Assembly (NCBI GenBank): GCA_951406725.2
Contig: OX597815.1
Location: forward strand, 97,340,001-97,404,000
Source: Octopus vulgaris
Lineage: Eukaryota
DNA: 64,000 nucleotides
Direction: 5' to 3'
Shown here: piece by piece, positions 42,901-55,603 of the stretch
Layout of the letters: each line of letters starts with the position of its first letter
Position numbering within the stretch: position 1 is the stretch's first letter
Notes under the pieces: generated by a model
What the model was told of the DNA's origin: nothing
Database searches by the model: none
The model's input: the letters and a program-made list of their open reading frames with translations, nothing else
Translations under genes and position numbers: made by a program

Positions 42901-45059
42901 TATTTATCTTATTCGAACAGTTTTACGCGTGTGATATCTAAAATTTATATTTATATTTATATTTATATTTGTATATGATACTTATATATTACTGAATTAA
43001 TTTTGTTTTTTAAATGTCAGAATGTTTAGATATAAATTAGTATATAAGAGTTGTATGTGTTTGGTCTGTCTTTGAATTTTGTGATGTTCCTGTGGTTGTT
43101 GCTCGCATTGTCTCCCCTTGGATAAAAAAGTGTATACAGCTCATTGGAGCATTTCAATTACATTTCCGTTGTATATCTTGAGCGTTGTTGTCACTCAAGA
43201 TATAACTTTATATTTTGTAAATATATATATATATATATATTACATCTGTTTGTTATGTACACCACATGACTTCGTATGTATATAAATACATACATGCGTG
43301 GTTATGCATGTGAGTAGTGTGCATATTAACGCCTACCACCTTTAATGTATATACTTATATCACTAAAATTTTAACTTTTTAAAATATTTTACGTTAGCTG
43401 TATATATTTGAAGAGGATATAGTTTGATAGAGAAAGATATTATATCAACAAAACCAACTATTAATTCTCCTGATTCATAACACAGCATGCTATTATGCAC
43501 TACGGCATAATTATCTTATCCAGTTATTTTATATTTTTGATATTCCTCTTTGTATGAATATTTAACAAATCCTTAATATATGCGGTTGATTATTTTATTC
43601 AGATATTTTAAAATCTAAAAAAGACAAACACCTCTAGCTATTAAACGCATGCCATTTTATTTTATCTGTGTGCGTAAGACCTACTTTTGTCTTTAGCCGC
43701 AAGTAACCCATGATCAGCAGGCATCGCATTGATCAAATACATTTTAACCGTGATAGTCATTTTTTCGTTTTTCCTTTCTTACTTTCTATATTTCACGTTT
43801 CCTTTTTTCCTTTTTTGTTTTGTTTGGAGTATAGCTTCGGTAGGATTACATTATTCACTTTCATCTTCGCTTTAAATTTGGCAAAATTTATGTTTATTAA
43901 TAATACATTTTTCAGAAAATTATTGAAGTCATACTTCGTATTATGATAATGATTCATGAGGATTACACATGAACAAGTTAATATGTCACTGGATTAGAAC
44001 ACAAAATTTACTATTTCCAATAAACATGAATGTTACTGAATTCAAAACCTATGATGCTTGATGAGAAAACTTGAAGTTCTCAAAGCGACGAAGGTTTTTC
44101 ACTCTCAAGATGATACTAAAACTGACAAGCAACAGATATATACCCTAAACAAATTCATGCACAACGAAATACTCCTGTTCTCGTTTTACAGCAACGGGAG
44201 TAGGATTTTTATACCTGGACCCTCCTTGTTAAAAAAAGGAATAGAAAAGTTACGCGAATGTTGTAACACACTAAGATTAGCAAAAGTTTTGGACGCCACA
44301 TCTACAATTGACATGTATTTTGCACTCCATTTGCTCTGCATTAAAGAAAGTCAAATATGCATCTTTCAGACATTGACTGCTTGAGCCTCTGTTAATGCCA
44401 TAAATGCATCTAGATGGGTCACTTTTTTACAAATATCAAATGAAACTAATTTGATGTTTGGAAGTTAGCGTATTTAGTCAACAAGCTAACAAGTTTTCAG
44501 TCAAAATTATCTATATCACTCAATAGCTTAAAATTGGCACCTTCAATATCGACATTGTATACCATATCAAAATACGGCTAACCGATCACGCAGTTGTCGA
44601 AACATGGTGGCTGATATACTTACTTTTAGAAGGAATATTACTATTAAAGATAGTGTTACATGGAAGAAACCTTGCTGTCCTCAATTATTAGTTTCATAGA
44701 CTACAAAATCCATTTACTGGATTCAGTGAAATATTTAAGTCCCTTTACTTAAAACCTGACACTTTAAATGTTATGAACAGTCATCGCTTGATATGCAGCA
44801 GTCATCGCTGTCAATTGTTCGTATTTGTTACAGTCACGGAAATTAAAGAAATATTTTAGTAAAACATAGACTACATCTTACTTTTTAATATTACATCGGA
44901 GAAAACTGATGCTTGAGAACCTATCGCCTTCACTCAAATTTTCATTTCATCACCTTCGTCTTATTTGACATTATTTTTCCTTTCTTATTATATCATACTA
45001 TATGTGTGTGTATGCGCCTATGTACAAATGTCTATACAAATGCAGGTATATATGTGTGC

Positions 45060-45842
45060 GGTGACTTAAAACTGTATGATAGATTGCCGTTAATTCATTC
45101 TCTCTCACCTGTTTGTGTTTGCCTGTCAAATGCTGTGCCTTTACTGTGATCTCCCTTTTAGTAGAAGAAATAGCTATAATCTCTTTGACTGCTATTTCTA
45201 AATTCGGTGTGTGGTAAGGCAATTCGTTGCTAAACCCTTAATTGCTTAGTATTACTTAAATTTTCCTCGAATGAGGCTTTTATATGCCGAAAACTACTTG
45301 GTGTAATTGATAATTATTCCAAATTAATTAATTTCACCCTTCATTGTTACTCATAGCCATATTCATCCCAGTAAATGACCACAGCACTTTGTCTTGGCTA
45401 CACGCGGGTGGGAAGGGCCTGGTGACACAAGCTTTCATTCATACTTTGAATTTGGTGATACTAGCTGTGGCTTCTAGCTCGCTCTGATACCGAGTTGAGT
45501 TGGTGCCTTCTAGTATCTCAAAATTCAATATTCAATCATTCATGATTGTTTGTATCCTGTGCTGATGAAAGAAGAAGTCTGGGTAAGGTAGAGTTATCTA
45601 ATTCTTATGCTTTCCTAAGACTTGATCTCGAAACGTACGTCCGTAGGTGACTTAAAACTGTATGATAGATTGCCGTTAATTCATTCTCTCTCACCTGTTT
45701 GTGTTTGCCTTTCAAATGCTGTGCCTTTACTGTGATCTCCCTTTTAGTAGAAGAAATAGCTATAATCTCTTTGACTGCTATTTCTAAATTCGGTGTGTGG
45801 TAAGGCAATTCGTTGCTAAACCCTTAATTGCTTAGTATTACT
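45060..45842 (+). mobile_element. Retrozyme-like non-coding element: 586-bp unit plus 197-bp partial tandem repeat
   Basis: 45060-45256 and 45646-45842 differ at one base seen (gcctGtc/gcctTtc); tgtgtgcg at 45053-45060 and 45842-45849 gives a 6-8 bp TSD; internal hammerhead. Confidence 0.85.
45556..45647 (+). ncRNA. Type I hammerhead ribozyme
   Basis: Stem I cctgtg/cgtagg; CTGATGA 45562-45568; long stem II (aga..aagtct/agactt..tct, first pair A-C); GAAA 45630-45633; palindromic stem III cgtacg; GUC 45639-45641. Confidence 0.85.
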
Positions 45843-45874
45843 GTGTGCGCGCATATATATGTATATATGTGCGC

Positions 45875-45910
<36 letters not shown>

Positions 45911-46641
45911 CTGTATCCATACCTCGATATATGCAGATATATGAGGGGGAGAGAGAGGGAAGAGGGGAGTGTGAGTATATGTAATTTTCTATGTATGTAA
46001 CTACTTAATGATTACCTCAACAAAATATCAACCGTTATAGACATATTTTAGCTAGACATTACTTTTTATTTACATCTTACGTTATATATTTCCTGAACGC
46101 GTGCTGCTATCTCCAGTTTTTCTAGTCACAACGCATCTTCTCTGCACCAGGTTATTCTTCTTGATATGTTTATTTTTATATACACAAACTTGTAAATCTG
46201 GATCATTAACATCTTATTTAAAATATTCAAGATTTGTTTCAGTGTTCAGTCATGCTGATATGTGGTTGAATCTGAGACTGGGAAAGCTTTTGAATTTTAC
46301 TGAACAACCAAAATCATATTTTCTTTTGACATCTCGCTGAGATTAAAATGCGTATATTATAGAAACCGACAACAAATTTTGTCATAACTATCGCACATAT
46401 CATTAAGTTGGCACAAAATTTTAAATCCCCTCGCAACAAAGTTGGCCCATGTTCGGTTCCCGTTCTCGCCAACTTAATATATGACTTCTCCTTAACAAAG
46501 TATAATACAATTTGCAATCCTTTGTCTTATTCCTTTTTAAATTGGTTTGAATCGATGTCGAATACGGCTACCTTCCAAAGACAACAAATAATAAATAATG
46601 TACACGTGATGCAGAGCCACAATTATTATTCAACCGTACGA

Positions 46642-47533
46642 TGGGGTTAGCCAAAATGTCTGTTCAGGTTTTTAAGCGAAAATAATGCACAAGCTTTAAA
46701 CACAAGATTACCATATCTGCAAAGACGTGCGCGGTCTGGGATTTTCATGATGATAACAAGGTATTTACGATTAGCAAGTACAGGAGAGTAGTGGTGGGTC
46801 GATGCGTTTAATGTGTGCGGCGATTACAGTAGGCATCCTAATTGATGGTCAGGACCGTGGAAAGAAACTTGTAAAAGACAACACACTTCCAACCCCACAT
46901 AATTGAAAGCGTAACCTTGTCCAGGAGAAGTCTTGTTTCGGAGTTTGCTTGTTCTGGTTCACCACCATTTCGTTATAATAGATTGCATGTCACATTGTTT
47001 TAGATGATCTATTTTTCGTCCCCTGTCACTAATCACTTTAATAAAGGAACATTTCGTTCGCGTTTCTGTAACTAGTCGCAGATTAATATCCACTGGGCGA
47101 GGTTAACCTCATTCAATCAATGCGGGCTGACGTGAACAGGTTGGCGCAGATATAGATTTCAGTACTTGATTTCTATATTTCAAGAAAATCTATGATAATT
47201 CTTGAATCAAAATATTTCCCGATTAAAATTTCGAAAACCACTTCTGGAACACACGTTCCGTAACAATAACCTTTCTGAGCACACCACATATTTTCCTGCA
47301 GGTTTTCACTATTTCCTTGCCTTTTTAAGCTAAAAAAGCATGAGATACCAATTATGATCGTTTTGGTTCCACATTTTAATGGTGATCCCAAGCAAATAAA
47401 ATACACGCTCTCTCGTCACCAGTCAAGTATCTAACGAGTTTGCATCCGCAAACAAAGACTGCAGTTAACTACTTATTAGAGAGCTTGAAGTTAAGTGTTG
47501 TTAAAAATCAAACAGACATTTTGGCCAAGCCAA
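46642..47533 (-). mobile_element. Old, internally deleted mariner (~0.9 kb)
   Basis: TIRs tggggttagccaaaatgtctgtt / aacagacattttggccaagccaa; minus-strand remnants CRKICG..TERVFQKWFSKF, KVTLSIMWGWKCVVFY, TIN.DAYC, HHENPRP; C-terminal part missing. Confidence 0.75.
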
Positions 47534-48437
47534 TGACTGTAAAACAAAATGTTCTGTTTAATTTCTATATCGTGTCCTTGTACGAGCCTTTTATCTCTCT
47601 ATACTTGTTACTTATATTTCTTATGTTTTTTACTTATATTTCTTATATATATTTATATATATTTTTTATATATTTATAGAGATATTTTTTATAGTTTTAT
47701 TGCTTATATATTTTTACACATAATTTTTCTCTATTCTACCTTCCACCCTACATTTTTCCAGTGCGTATATAGATGTGTATATGGATTTTTTGTGCGCGTG
47801 TGCATGTGTGCGTGTATGCGTGCGTGCATGCAAGTATCTGCGTATATAGACGTGGTTTACTTTTATTGCTTATTTTTTACACCTTTTTTTACAGTTTTCT
47901 GTATTTTGCATTTAGCACTGTTTTTCTTCTGCATGTGCCAATATAGACGTGTGTATGAAACTTTTGTGTGCGTATATAGACGGGTACGGGTGTATGTGCG
48001 TGCATGCGAGAAGGTGCGTATATAGACGTATTTTAATCTAATTGCTTATTTTTTACCCTTTTTTTCACATTTTTTACACATTATTTCTTGTACATGTGCG
48101 TACATAGAAGTGCGCGTGAACCTTTTTTGAGCGCGCGTGTGTGTGTGCGAGCGTGTATGCGGGTATGTGTCTATATTTCTTTGGCGAATGTGTGGGTGAA
48201 CATGTGTGTGTTTCAAGTGAGGGTGGTGAGTACATAGGTGAGTACGTGGGTGTGCGGGCGCGCATGTTTGTGTATGGTCATGCGCGCTTCCGCGCTTACT
48301 ATGAACATTTTTACTCCCTTACCTTTACTCCCTCCCCTTAGTTAGCAGTCATTCTGACAGCTCTTTTGTCTTAATTAAGGTCAATCACATAGCAATTTCC
48401 CTTTGTTTAACTGTCATTTTCATAGTATTTTTTTGAT

Positions 48438-48509
48438 GGCCCGATAACTGAAGAGACGCTGTCGTGGGTTTCCGCCCCGACATCCGAAACTCGTAGTTTT
48501 ATAATGGCT
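48438..48509 (+). ncRNA. Type I hammerhead ribozyme-like motif at the end of a low-complexity pLTR-like tract
   Basis: Stem I ggcc..ataa/ttat..ggct; CTGAAGA 48448-48454; stem II tgtcg/cgaca closed by G-C; GAAA 48486-48489; C-tcgta-G; GUU triplet. Confidence 0.65.
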
Positions 48510-48531
48510 ACCGAATAATTGTCACATATTA

Positions 48532-48609
48532 TATTTACAGATAAATTCGTCTATTTACATAATATCGAGGTCTCTTTCATTCTTCTGTTGTCTTGTCATT
48601 TCTACCAAC

Positions 48610-48642
<33 letters not shown>

Positions 48643-48774
48643 CGTGTGTGTGTATACATACACACACACACACACATATATATATATACATGCATATATT
48701 GATTAAGAAATGGCAAGACAAAAGAATGAAAGAGACCTCGATATTATGTAAAGAGACGAATTTATCTGTAAATA
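48532..48774. repeat. Long inverted repeat with ~70-bp arms around a palindromic microsatellite
   Basis: 48532-48603 is the near-perfect reverse complement of 48706-48774; centre is (TA)n(TG)n(CA)n(TA)n. Confidence 0.92.
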
Positions 48775-48777
48775 GAA

Positions 48778-50064
48778 TAAGGTCACCCTTTAAGTTCTGT
48801 CAGATTTTCCCTTTTTTAAAATTGAATGAAATTTAATAGTATTTTAGTTTGTCTAATGGAATTAAAAATTATTTTTATGCATTTGTGTATATTTAAACGT
48901 ATTGAATATTATTTTACAGAATAATAGAATTAAATCTTCTTAGATTGAAACCGCTTCTAACATGGAATTATCGAAAGAGAATTTGAGGCACATAATGCTT
49001 TATGAGTATAAAAAATAGAAACTCTGCAGCCGAAGAAACTCAAAACATACACTCAGATTTTGGAAAAGAATGCTTGAATGAAAGAACTTGCAGAAGATGG
49101 TTTGCAAAATTCAGAAGTGATTTCAGTCTTGAAGATGGAGATCGAACAGGACGTCCAGTAGAGTTTGATGATAAGCTGCTCGAGGCATTACTTGAAAAAA
49201 AATCCTTCATCATCAGTTGAATAATTGGCAATAAAGCTTAGTTCACACCATACTACTGTCCATCGTCATCTTCAACAACTTGGAAAGGTTGCTAAACTTG
49301 GAAAATTGGTTCCTCATGAAGTGTCCGAAAGCAACCGCATATCTCGAGTTGACGTCTGCCCTCCTCTCCATTCTCACGAACTCATTTCACCCTTTTTGGA
49401 TATACTTGTGACTGGTGACGAAAAATGGATCTTCTATCGAAATGTTAAACGTCGTAAACTGTGGCTTAGTAAAAAGGAAAAATCTCAACCACAACTAAGA
49501 AGGGAACTTCATGGGAAAAGGGTTCTTCTCTCTATCTGGTGGGATTGCAAAGGAGTAATTCACTTTCAATTGTTACTAATTAATGCAACAATCAATACTC
49601 AAGTCTAGTGTCAGCAATTAGAGCGATTGAACCAAGCTTTGAAGAAAAAACCTCGCATTAGTGAATCGAAAAGGAGTGATGTTTCATCAGGAAAATGCGC
49701 GACCCCACACAGCAAAAGATCACATCACAGAAGGTTGAAGAGCTTGATTGGGAAAAAATCCCTCGTCCACCTTATTCTCCCAAACTTGCTCCTTCAGATT
49801 ACCATTTGTTTCGTAGTTTACAGAATCATTTTGGGGGACATAACTCTTGCAGGCCAGGAGGAGGTCGAAACTGACATTTCAGAGTTCTTCGCTTTGAAAG
49901 CAAAAGAGTTTGATATTGATGGGATTAAAGCGCTTCTAAATACATGGAAGGGTGTCATAGATAATCTAGGAAAGTACATCGATGATTAAATTTCACTTAA
50001 ACATAACATTTGATCACTTGTTTTCTTTACACAAAATTCGGACTGTACAAATGGAATGACCTGA
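48778..50064 (+). mobile_element. Full-length mariner (cecropia/mellifera-like)
   Basis: Left TIR taaggtcaccctttaagttctgtcagatttt; right TIR ending gaatgacctga + TA; a second right end at 50169-50225. Confidence 0.9.
48962..49989 (+). pseudogene. Mariner transposase pseudogene
   Basis: MELSKENLRHIMLYE, ERTCRRWFAKFR, GRP, LVPHEV, TGDEKWIFY, FHQENARPH, PYSPKLAPSDYHLF, GKYIDD*; several frameshifts and stops. Confidence 0.92.
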
Positions 50065-50663
50065 TATATTAAAGAACACAATTCATTAAACCATACTGCA
50101 TGTAGACAGCTAAGATACACTGTCTTGTGTGCTACCATCACAAAAGCAATGCCAATAGCAGCTTTTCTTTGATCACTTGATTACTTTATTCAAAATTCAG
50201 ACAGAACTTATAGGATGACATGATATATACATATCAAAATGAGAGGTTTTAGTATCCAGGCGATCCAAAAGGCAGTTAAAGTTACGTTAGTGCTATAGAA
50301 GGACCGCTGTTAGGCTCCCCGATGAATAGTAGTATGAGTGAGATGCGAGACCAGAATGAGCGTGTGTATTTTGAATAATATGAGATACCAAGTCCAAGGC
50401 AGTGTGATATTTCTAGGACATTTATAAAGAGAAAGTTAATCTTACATCTGCTTCGGTGATATACAAGGTATCCCAATATCAGAAAGATAAGAAAGCGTTA
50501 CAATAGAGGGAAAAAGCACAGTTCATTATATAAGAAGTTATTTTGGAAAGGGAGAGATACTGCAAGTATAAAGAAAAATATGAGAATAAAAATATATGTT
50601 GGATGTTAAAGTTTAACACACACACACGCGCATATATGTGTGTGTGTGCATATACACTCATAC

Positions 50664-50711
<48 letters not shown>

Positions 50712-51651
50712 ATTATACCAATATTGATACTGTATGTTACGCACACACACACACACATATATATATTAAGTACATATAGATTTCATGAATATGTGCATGT
50801 GACTTTGCACTAATGTTATTTGCGTGTGTCTGTACTGGAAATGTGTTATGTATAATTTATATATATATATATATATATAAACACACACATTACATTCTAG
50901 CACACATACAAACACACAGGCACTCACACACAGAAACAAATTGATGGTGGGTATTGAATGCATTGTATTATCATGTGACTTTCCTTCATAGCTGTTCCAA
51001 CTACAAAATTTCAATAACAATAAGAAGAGTTCGAAGCAAATTGTCAACTATACAGCTTTGTCTTCGGTTCTTCATATCATAAGTGCACCATCCTATGCAT
51101 ATGCAATTAGAAAAGCATATAATTTATTTGTATGATGAGATACCACGCAGCGAATACCTCCGTATTGTAAATTCTGTCTTAACCCGCCATGTTTGAATTA
51201 TCGTCGAAATTTGAATAAGCACGTAGAGACAGAAAACATAACTGCATATTAACGTTATGCACTGCAAACCTTATTAGAAAGATGTTCAAACAGCTATATT
51301 TCACTCACTATACTTCCCTTTCCGCATCATTTCTTCCTCTCTTTTTTCTCGCACTCACTGTCTTTTCCTCTTTTTTTTTCTATATATCTATCTCATCTAT
51401 CTATTTTTATCTATCCTTCTCTCAATATGTGTATACATATAAAGACATAAATACCTAGATAAACAGAAATATGAATGTGTATATAAGTAGATAGATACAT
51501 ATATATATATTTGTGTGTGTATATATGTGTGTGTATATAAATATGTGTATATATGTAGATGTATATGCATGTATGTGTATATAAATACATATATAGATAT
51601 ATATGTTTATATGTATGTATATATGTATATATATCTATCTATCTATCTATC

Positions 51652-51719
<68 letters not shown>

Positions 51720-51754
51720 TGTGTATATATATATATTTTTTTTATATATATATA

Positions 51755-52195
51755 CCATGCAAACTTAGTTTCCAAGATGCCAATGCCAGATTCGTCACTC
51801 TTGCTCCAGTGCACCAGTTCAACAACATCAAACTTTACAAAGCAGACTTTGGGAGAAATGAGAAAATATCTCGCGCTGTACAACGACATAGTTCCAAACA
51901 CACATGCCTATCATCAAAAAGGGAAACATGGCCCTTGCATTTAATTATCGCCCAATCACACTCGCTTTACATATGAACGAACAGAGAGAAAATGTGGTGA
52001 AATCAAGGATAACATGCATAATCCACCCAGCACGGCTTTTGCTGTGGTAGGGTCTACCTAACACAACTTTTACATCACATCGATTATGCCGTTAAGGCTT
52101 TGGCTTCAGGTTTAAGGTCTGATGTCATTATACTCACCTCCGCAAAGCATTTGACAGAATCAACCACAATTTCCTCTTCTGATAATTGTCTGAAT
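51755..52195 (+). mobile_element. CR1-like RT fragment, decayed
   Basis: QHGFCCGR..LTQL.HHID..DVI..AKAFDRINH remnants. Confidence 0.7.
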
Positions 52196-52263
52196 ATTTT
52201 CAATTTTTTTTATTTAATTTATATAAACGATTAGGAATTAAAAATCTGCATTTGTGTGAGTAC

Positions 52264-52337
<74 letters not shown>

Positions 52338-52536
52338 TAATAAATAAAACATATGCATATATACATACATATATGTACGTACCTACATCTACATGTATAT
52401 ATACATGCGTATATGGGTACAGGACACCCCAAAAAATCGTCGAACACAATGAGAAACGAAGACATAAACACAAAACCAAGGAAATGGACATTTTTCTTAA
52501 ACAACGAAAAAAAAATATATATACGTATATACATAC

Positions 52537-52617
<81 letters not shown>

Positions 52618-53787
52618 CTTTATTAAAAGCAGCAAAAATGTCACAAAACTGCCCGGCAAGTAACAATTGTTGTGATATCTTTGCTGCTTTTAAATAAAGC
52701 ATATTACTCTACCTTTGGTATTCGAGTACTATTTTCTTCCACTTTGTTTACATCTATGTGCTTACTCTGGTATATGTATATATATGTATATATATATTAG
52801 AATATGGAGAATGAGTGTTGAACATAGCATTTGTGGATAAACGTTCTTCATTTGTGTAGTAAATCTACCATTGTTAAAAAAGTACTCTAATTACTTACGA
52901 ATATTTCAAACCGATCACATGGAAGGATGGTGTTCGTCTCCATTTTGGATTAAAGCATGAAAAACCGCAGCAATTAGCCATAAGGTCCCACGTGTAATTT
53001 TGGCAAACGAAGCAAAGTGACAAGTTGGGGCGATACATGGCTAACAACTTTTGGGTATTTATCTTCATTACCTTTGACTTTCAGAAATAATTGTAGTGAA
53101 TGACAAATTTTATATCTTGGGTATGTATAATGTTTGTATATGTGGGTGTGTTGAAGGGGTTTATGGCATGTGTCTTGTATGTGTAGAGTATGTATGATGT
53201 ATGGGCTTAATAATCACAAGCAATATTTTGCATTCCAACATTTCAAAGCGTAGCCACCACCCACTCCCCCGATCCCCATGATAGGTTGTTTTCTCTGAAC
53301 GTGAATATTAAACGCATACAAGCTAAACACACATCGAAAGATTTAATATGCCTAATGTATTTTACATCATTTAACGAGTAAAATATCGAGTAGCATCTTA
53401 GTTTTATCTCACCTGTGGCACGAAAATGCATTGATCTGAAGAAGTTCTGATTTCATTAAGCTTTCATCTTGGAAATAGTACTCTTTTTCCGACGTAACGC
53501 TAGCTAGTAATTTCTTGCTATGTCTATTGTATACAGCATCTGATATCAGCAAATTATTCTGTTTTATATGAGTGTGTAGTTATTTGCGAAACAATATATT
53601 TAATGAAACTGCAAAACAAATTTATTAATTAGGCATTTCTTTATAGAATATATTAAGATATGAACAAAAGCTTTCAACCATACACAAAGCACATATATTA
53701 GAGATGCTGCAGGTTTATCCTCTGCTTAAAAATAGGGTGTCGTTTCATTAGCTTCTGGTGTTTCTAACTGATGCTAGGTCTGAATAA

Positions 53788-53992
53788 GGCGGCGAGCTGG
53801 CGGAATTGTTAGTGCATCTATCAAAATGCTTAGGAGTATTTCGTTCATGTTCTGAGTTCAAATGACATCGAGGTTGACTTTGCCTTTCAGCCTTTCAGAG
53901 ACGATAAAATAAGCATCAGTGAAATACTGGGGTAGATGAAATCGACTTAACTTATTCCCGAAATAGTTGTTCCTGTACCAAAATTTAGAAAT
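53788..53992 (+). mobile_element. tRNA-derived SINE, family A
   Basis: ggcggcgagctggcggaattgttag...gttctgagttcaaat..gaggttgactttgcctttca. Confidence 0.82.
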
Positions 53993-54485
53993 AGTATTAA
54001 GTCTATATAGTAAGTCAGGCAGCATGACATATATGGCGCATCATCATCCAGGTCATTGAGAATGCCCCGTGGTCCTCAGTTTGCTCATGTTCTATGTTTT
54101 ATCAGCAAATTTACCATATCAATAAAGTTATTCTAAAAATATATTGCTGCATAAAGTACTTTTAAATATATATGTTGTGGAAATTAGGTTGACCAATTTG
54201 TTTCTATCCAAATCAATACACACAATAAAAAAAAGTATAAACTACCAATATTACTGATAGTAGTATAGAGGGGAAGCATCCTTTCTGACAGTTTAACGTA
54301 TCTAGATAATTACTCAGATCGGTGCATCTTTCTGCCCACTAAAGAAGATAATTATACAGCAGCAACTGTATTTAGCGTTCACGAAACTGCTTAGCTGCAC
54401 TTATGTTACTTGCTTTACAAATAGTCCTTAAAAACTGCAATGAGTTATGTTTTGGACTTGCATATACATACATACATATATACAC

Positions 54486-54688
54486 TTTTACTCTTTTTCA
54501 GTCATTTGACTGCAGCCGTGCCGGAGCACCGCCTTTAGTCGAGCACATCGACCCCAGAACTTATTCTTTGTAAGCCTAGTACTTATTCTCTCGATCCCTT
54601 TTGCCGAACTGCTAGGTTACGGGGATGTAAACACACCAGCATCGGTTATCATGCAATGTTGGGGGGACAAACACAGACCACACACATA

Positions 54689-54757
<69 letters not shown>

Positions 54758-54883
54758 TCACAAGGCTTTAATCGGCTCGAGGCTATAGTAGAAGACACTT
54801 GCCCAAGGTGCCACGTAGTGGGACTGAACGCGGGACCATGTGGTTGGTAAGCAAGCTACTTACCACACAGCCACTCTTGCGCC
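54486..54883 (-). mobile_element. tRNA-derived SINE family B, well preserved
   Basis: Reverse strand ggcgcaagagtggctgtgtggtaag (A-box)..cgcgttcagtccc (B-box-like), internal (TA)n(TG)n, tail ggcggtgctccggcacggctgcagtcaaatgactgaaa. Confidence 0.88.
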
Positions 54884-55548
54884 TATATCTATACATTTTA
54901 ATAATAATTGTTAATTGTTAGTTTCTAATTTAATAAATGTATTTTAGTATTAACTATTAAATCATTGGTATAAGTTTAACATTAAAACATAGAAGAATAA
55001 CGCATATTTAATACGTATGGAGTGTTTTAATTATTAACTTTCGGGTTATGAAATATTGTAATTCACTTAGAATTAATTATATTATTAATTAAGTACAATC
55101 CTGTTTTATTTTGGAAGGAATAGAATATAAAAGCTTTCACTTTTATATTAGTAACTATGGGAAACTGGTGGGAATATTTTCTGTATGGACTTCAAGGCCT
55201 AGGTTGCTATTTAGTTAGATAATATTCGAGTAAGTTATAGGTTTACTTATAGAATTAATTTACCGATACGGTTTTTGTACATTGGATAATGTGGTTTCTT
55301 TTTGTAGTGTAATTAATAATGTTAGTGTTTAATCCTTCCTAGAATTAAGATTGAATGATTGTGGTGATATCTAAGGTATGTTTGTTCCCAAACAACAATT
55401 ATTCTAGTGCTGTTGACACCGCCGGATTAAATGGCACTCCCCAGGTGTTGAAACAATAGTAATATCCGTGAAGCAGCTGATGATGGATGTGCGTTGAATT
55501 GTTGATATGGTTGTTATTGTACGTGCGGAATAATTTTATAAGACATCC

Positions 55549-55603
<55 letters not shown>

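Noticed and set aside
44998-45808. Duplicated minus-strand ORF MPYHTPNLEIAVKE...
   Set aside because: Short, no recognisable domain; a by-product of the 197-bp direct repeat.
50418-50510. ag|DIYKEKVNLTS as the next receptor exon
   Set aside because: Wrong spacing to the expected DL...VNMTGF motif, weak acceptor, early stop.
52888-52980. Minus-strand stem ctaattgct/agtaattag with GAAAT-attc-GTA
   Set aside because: CUGANGA box absent; at most a dead relic.
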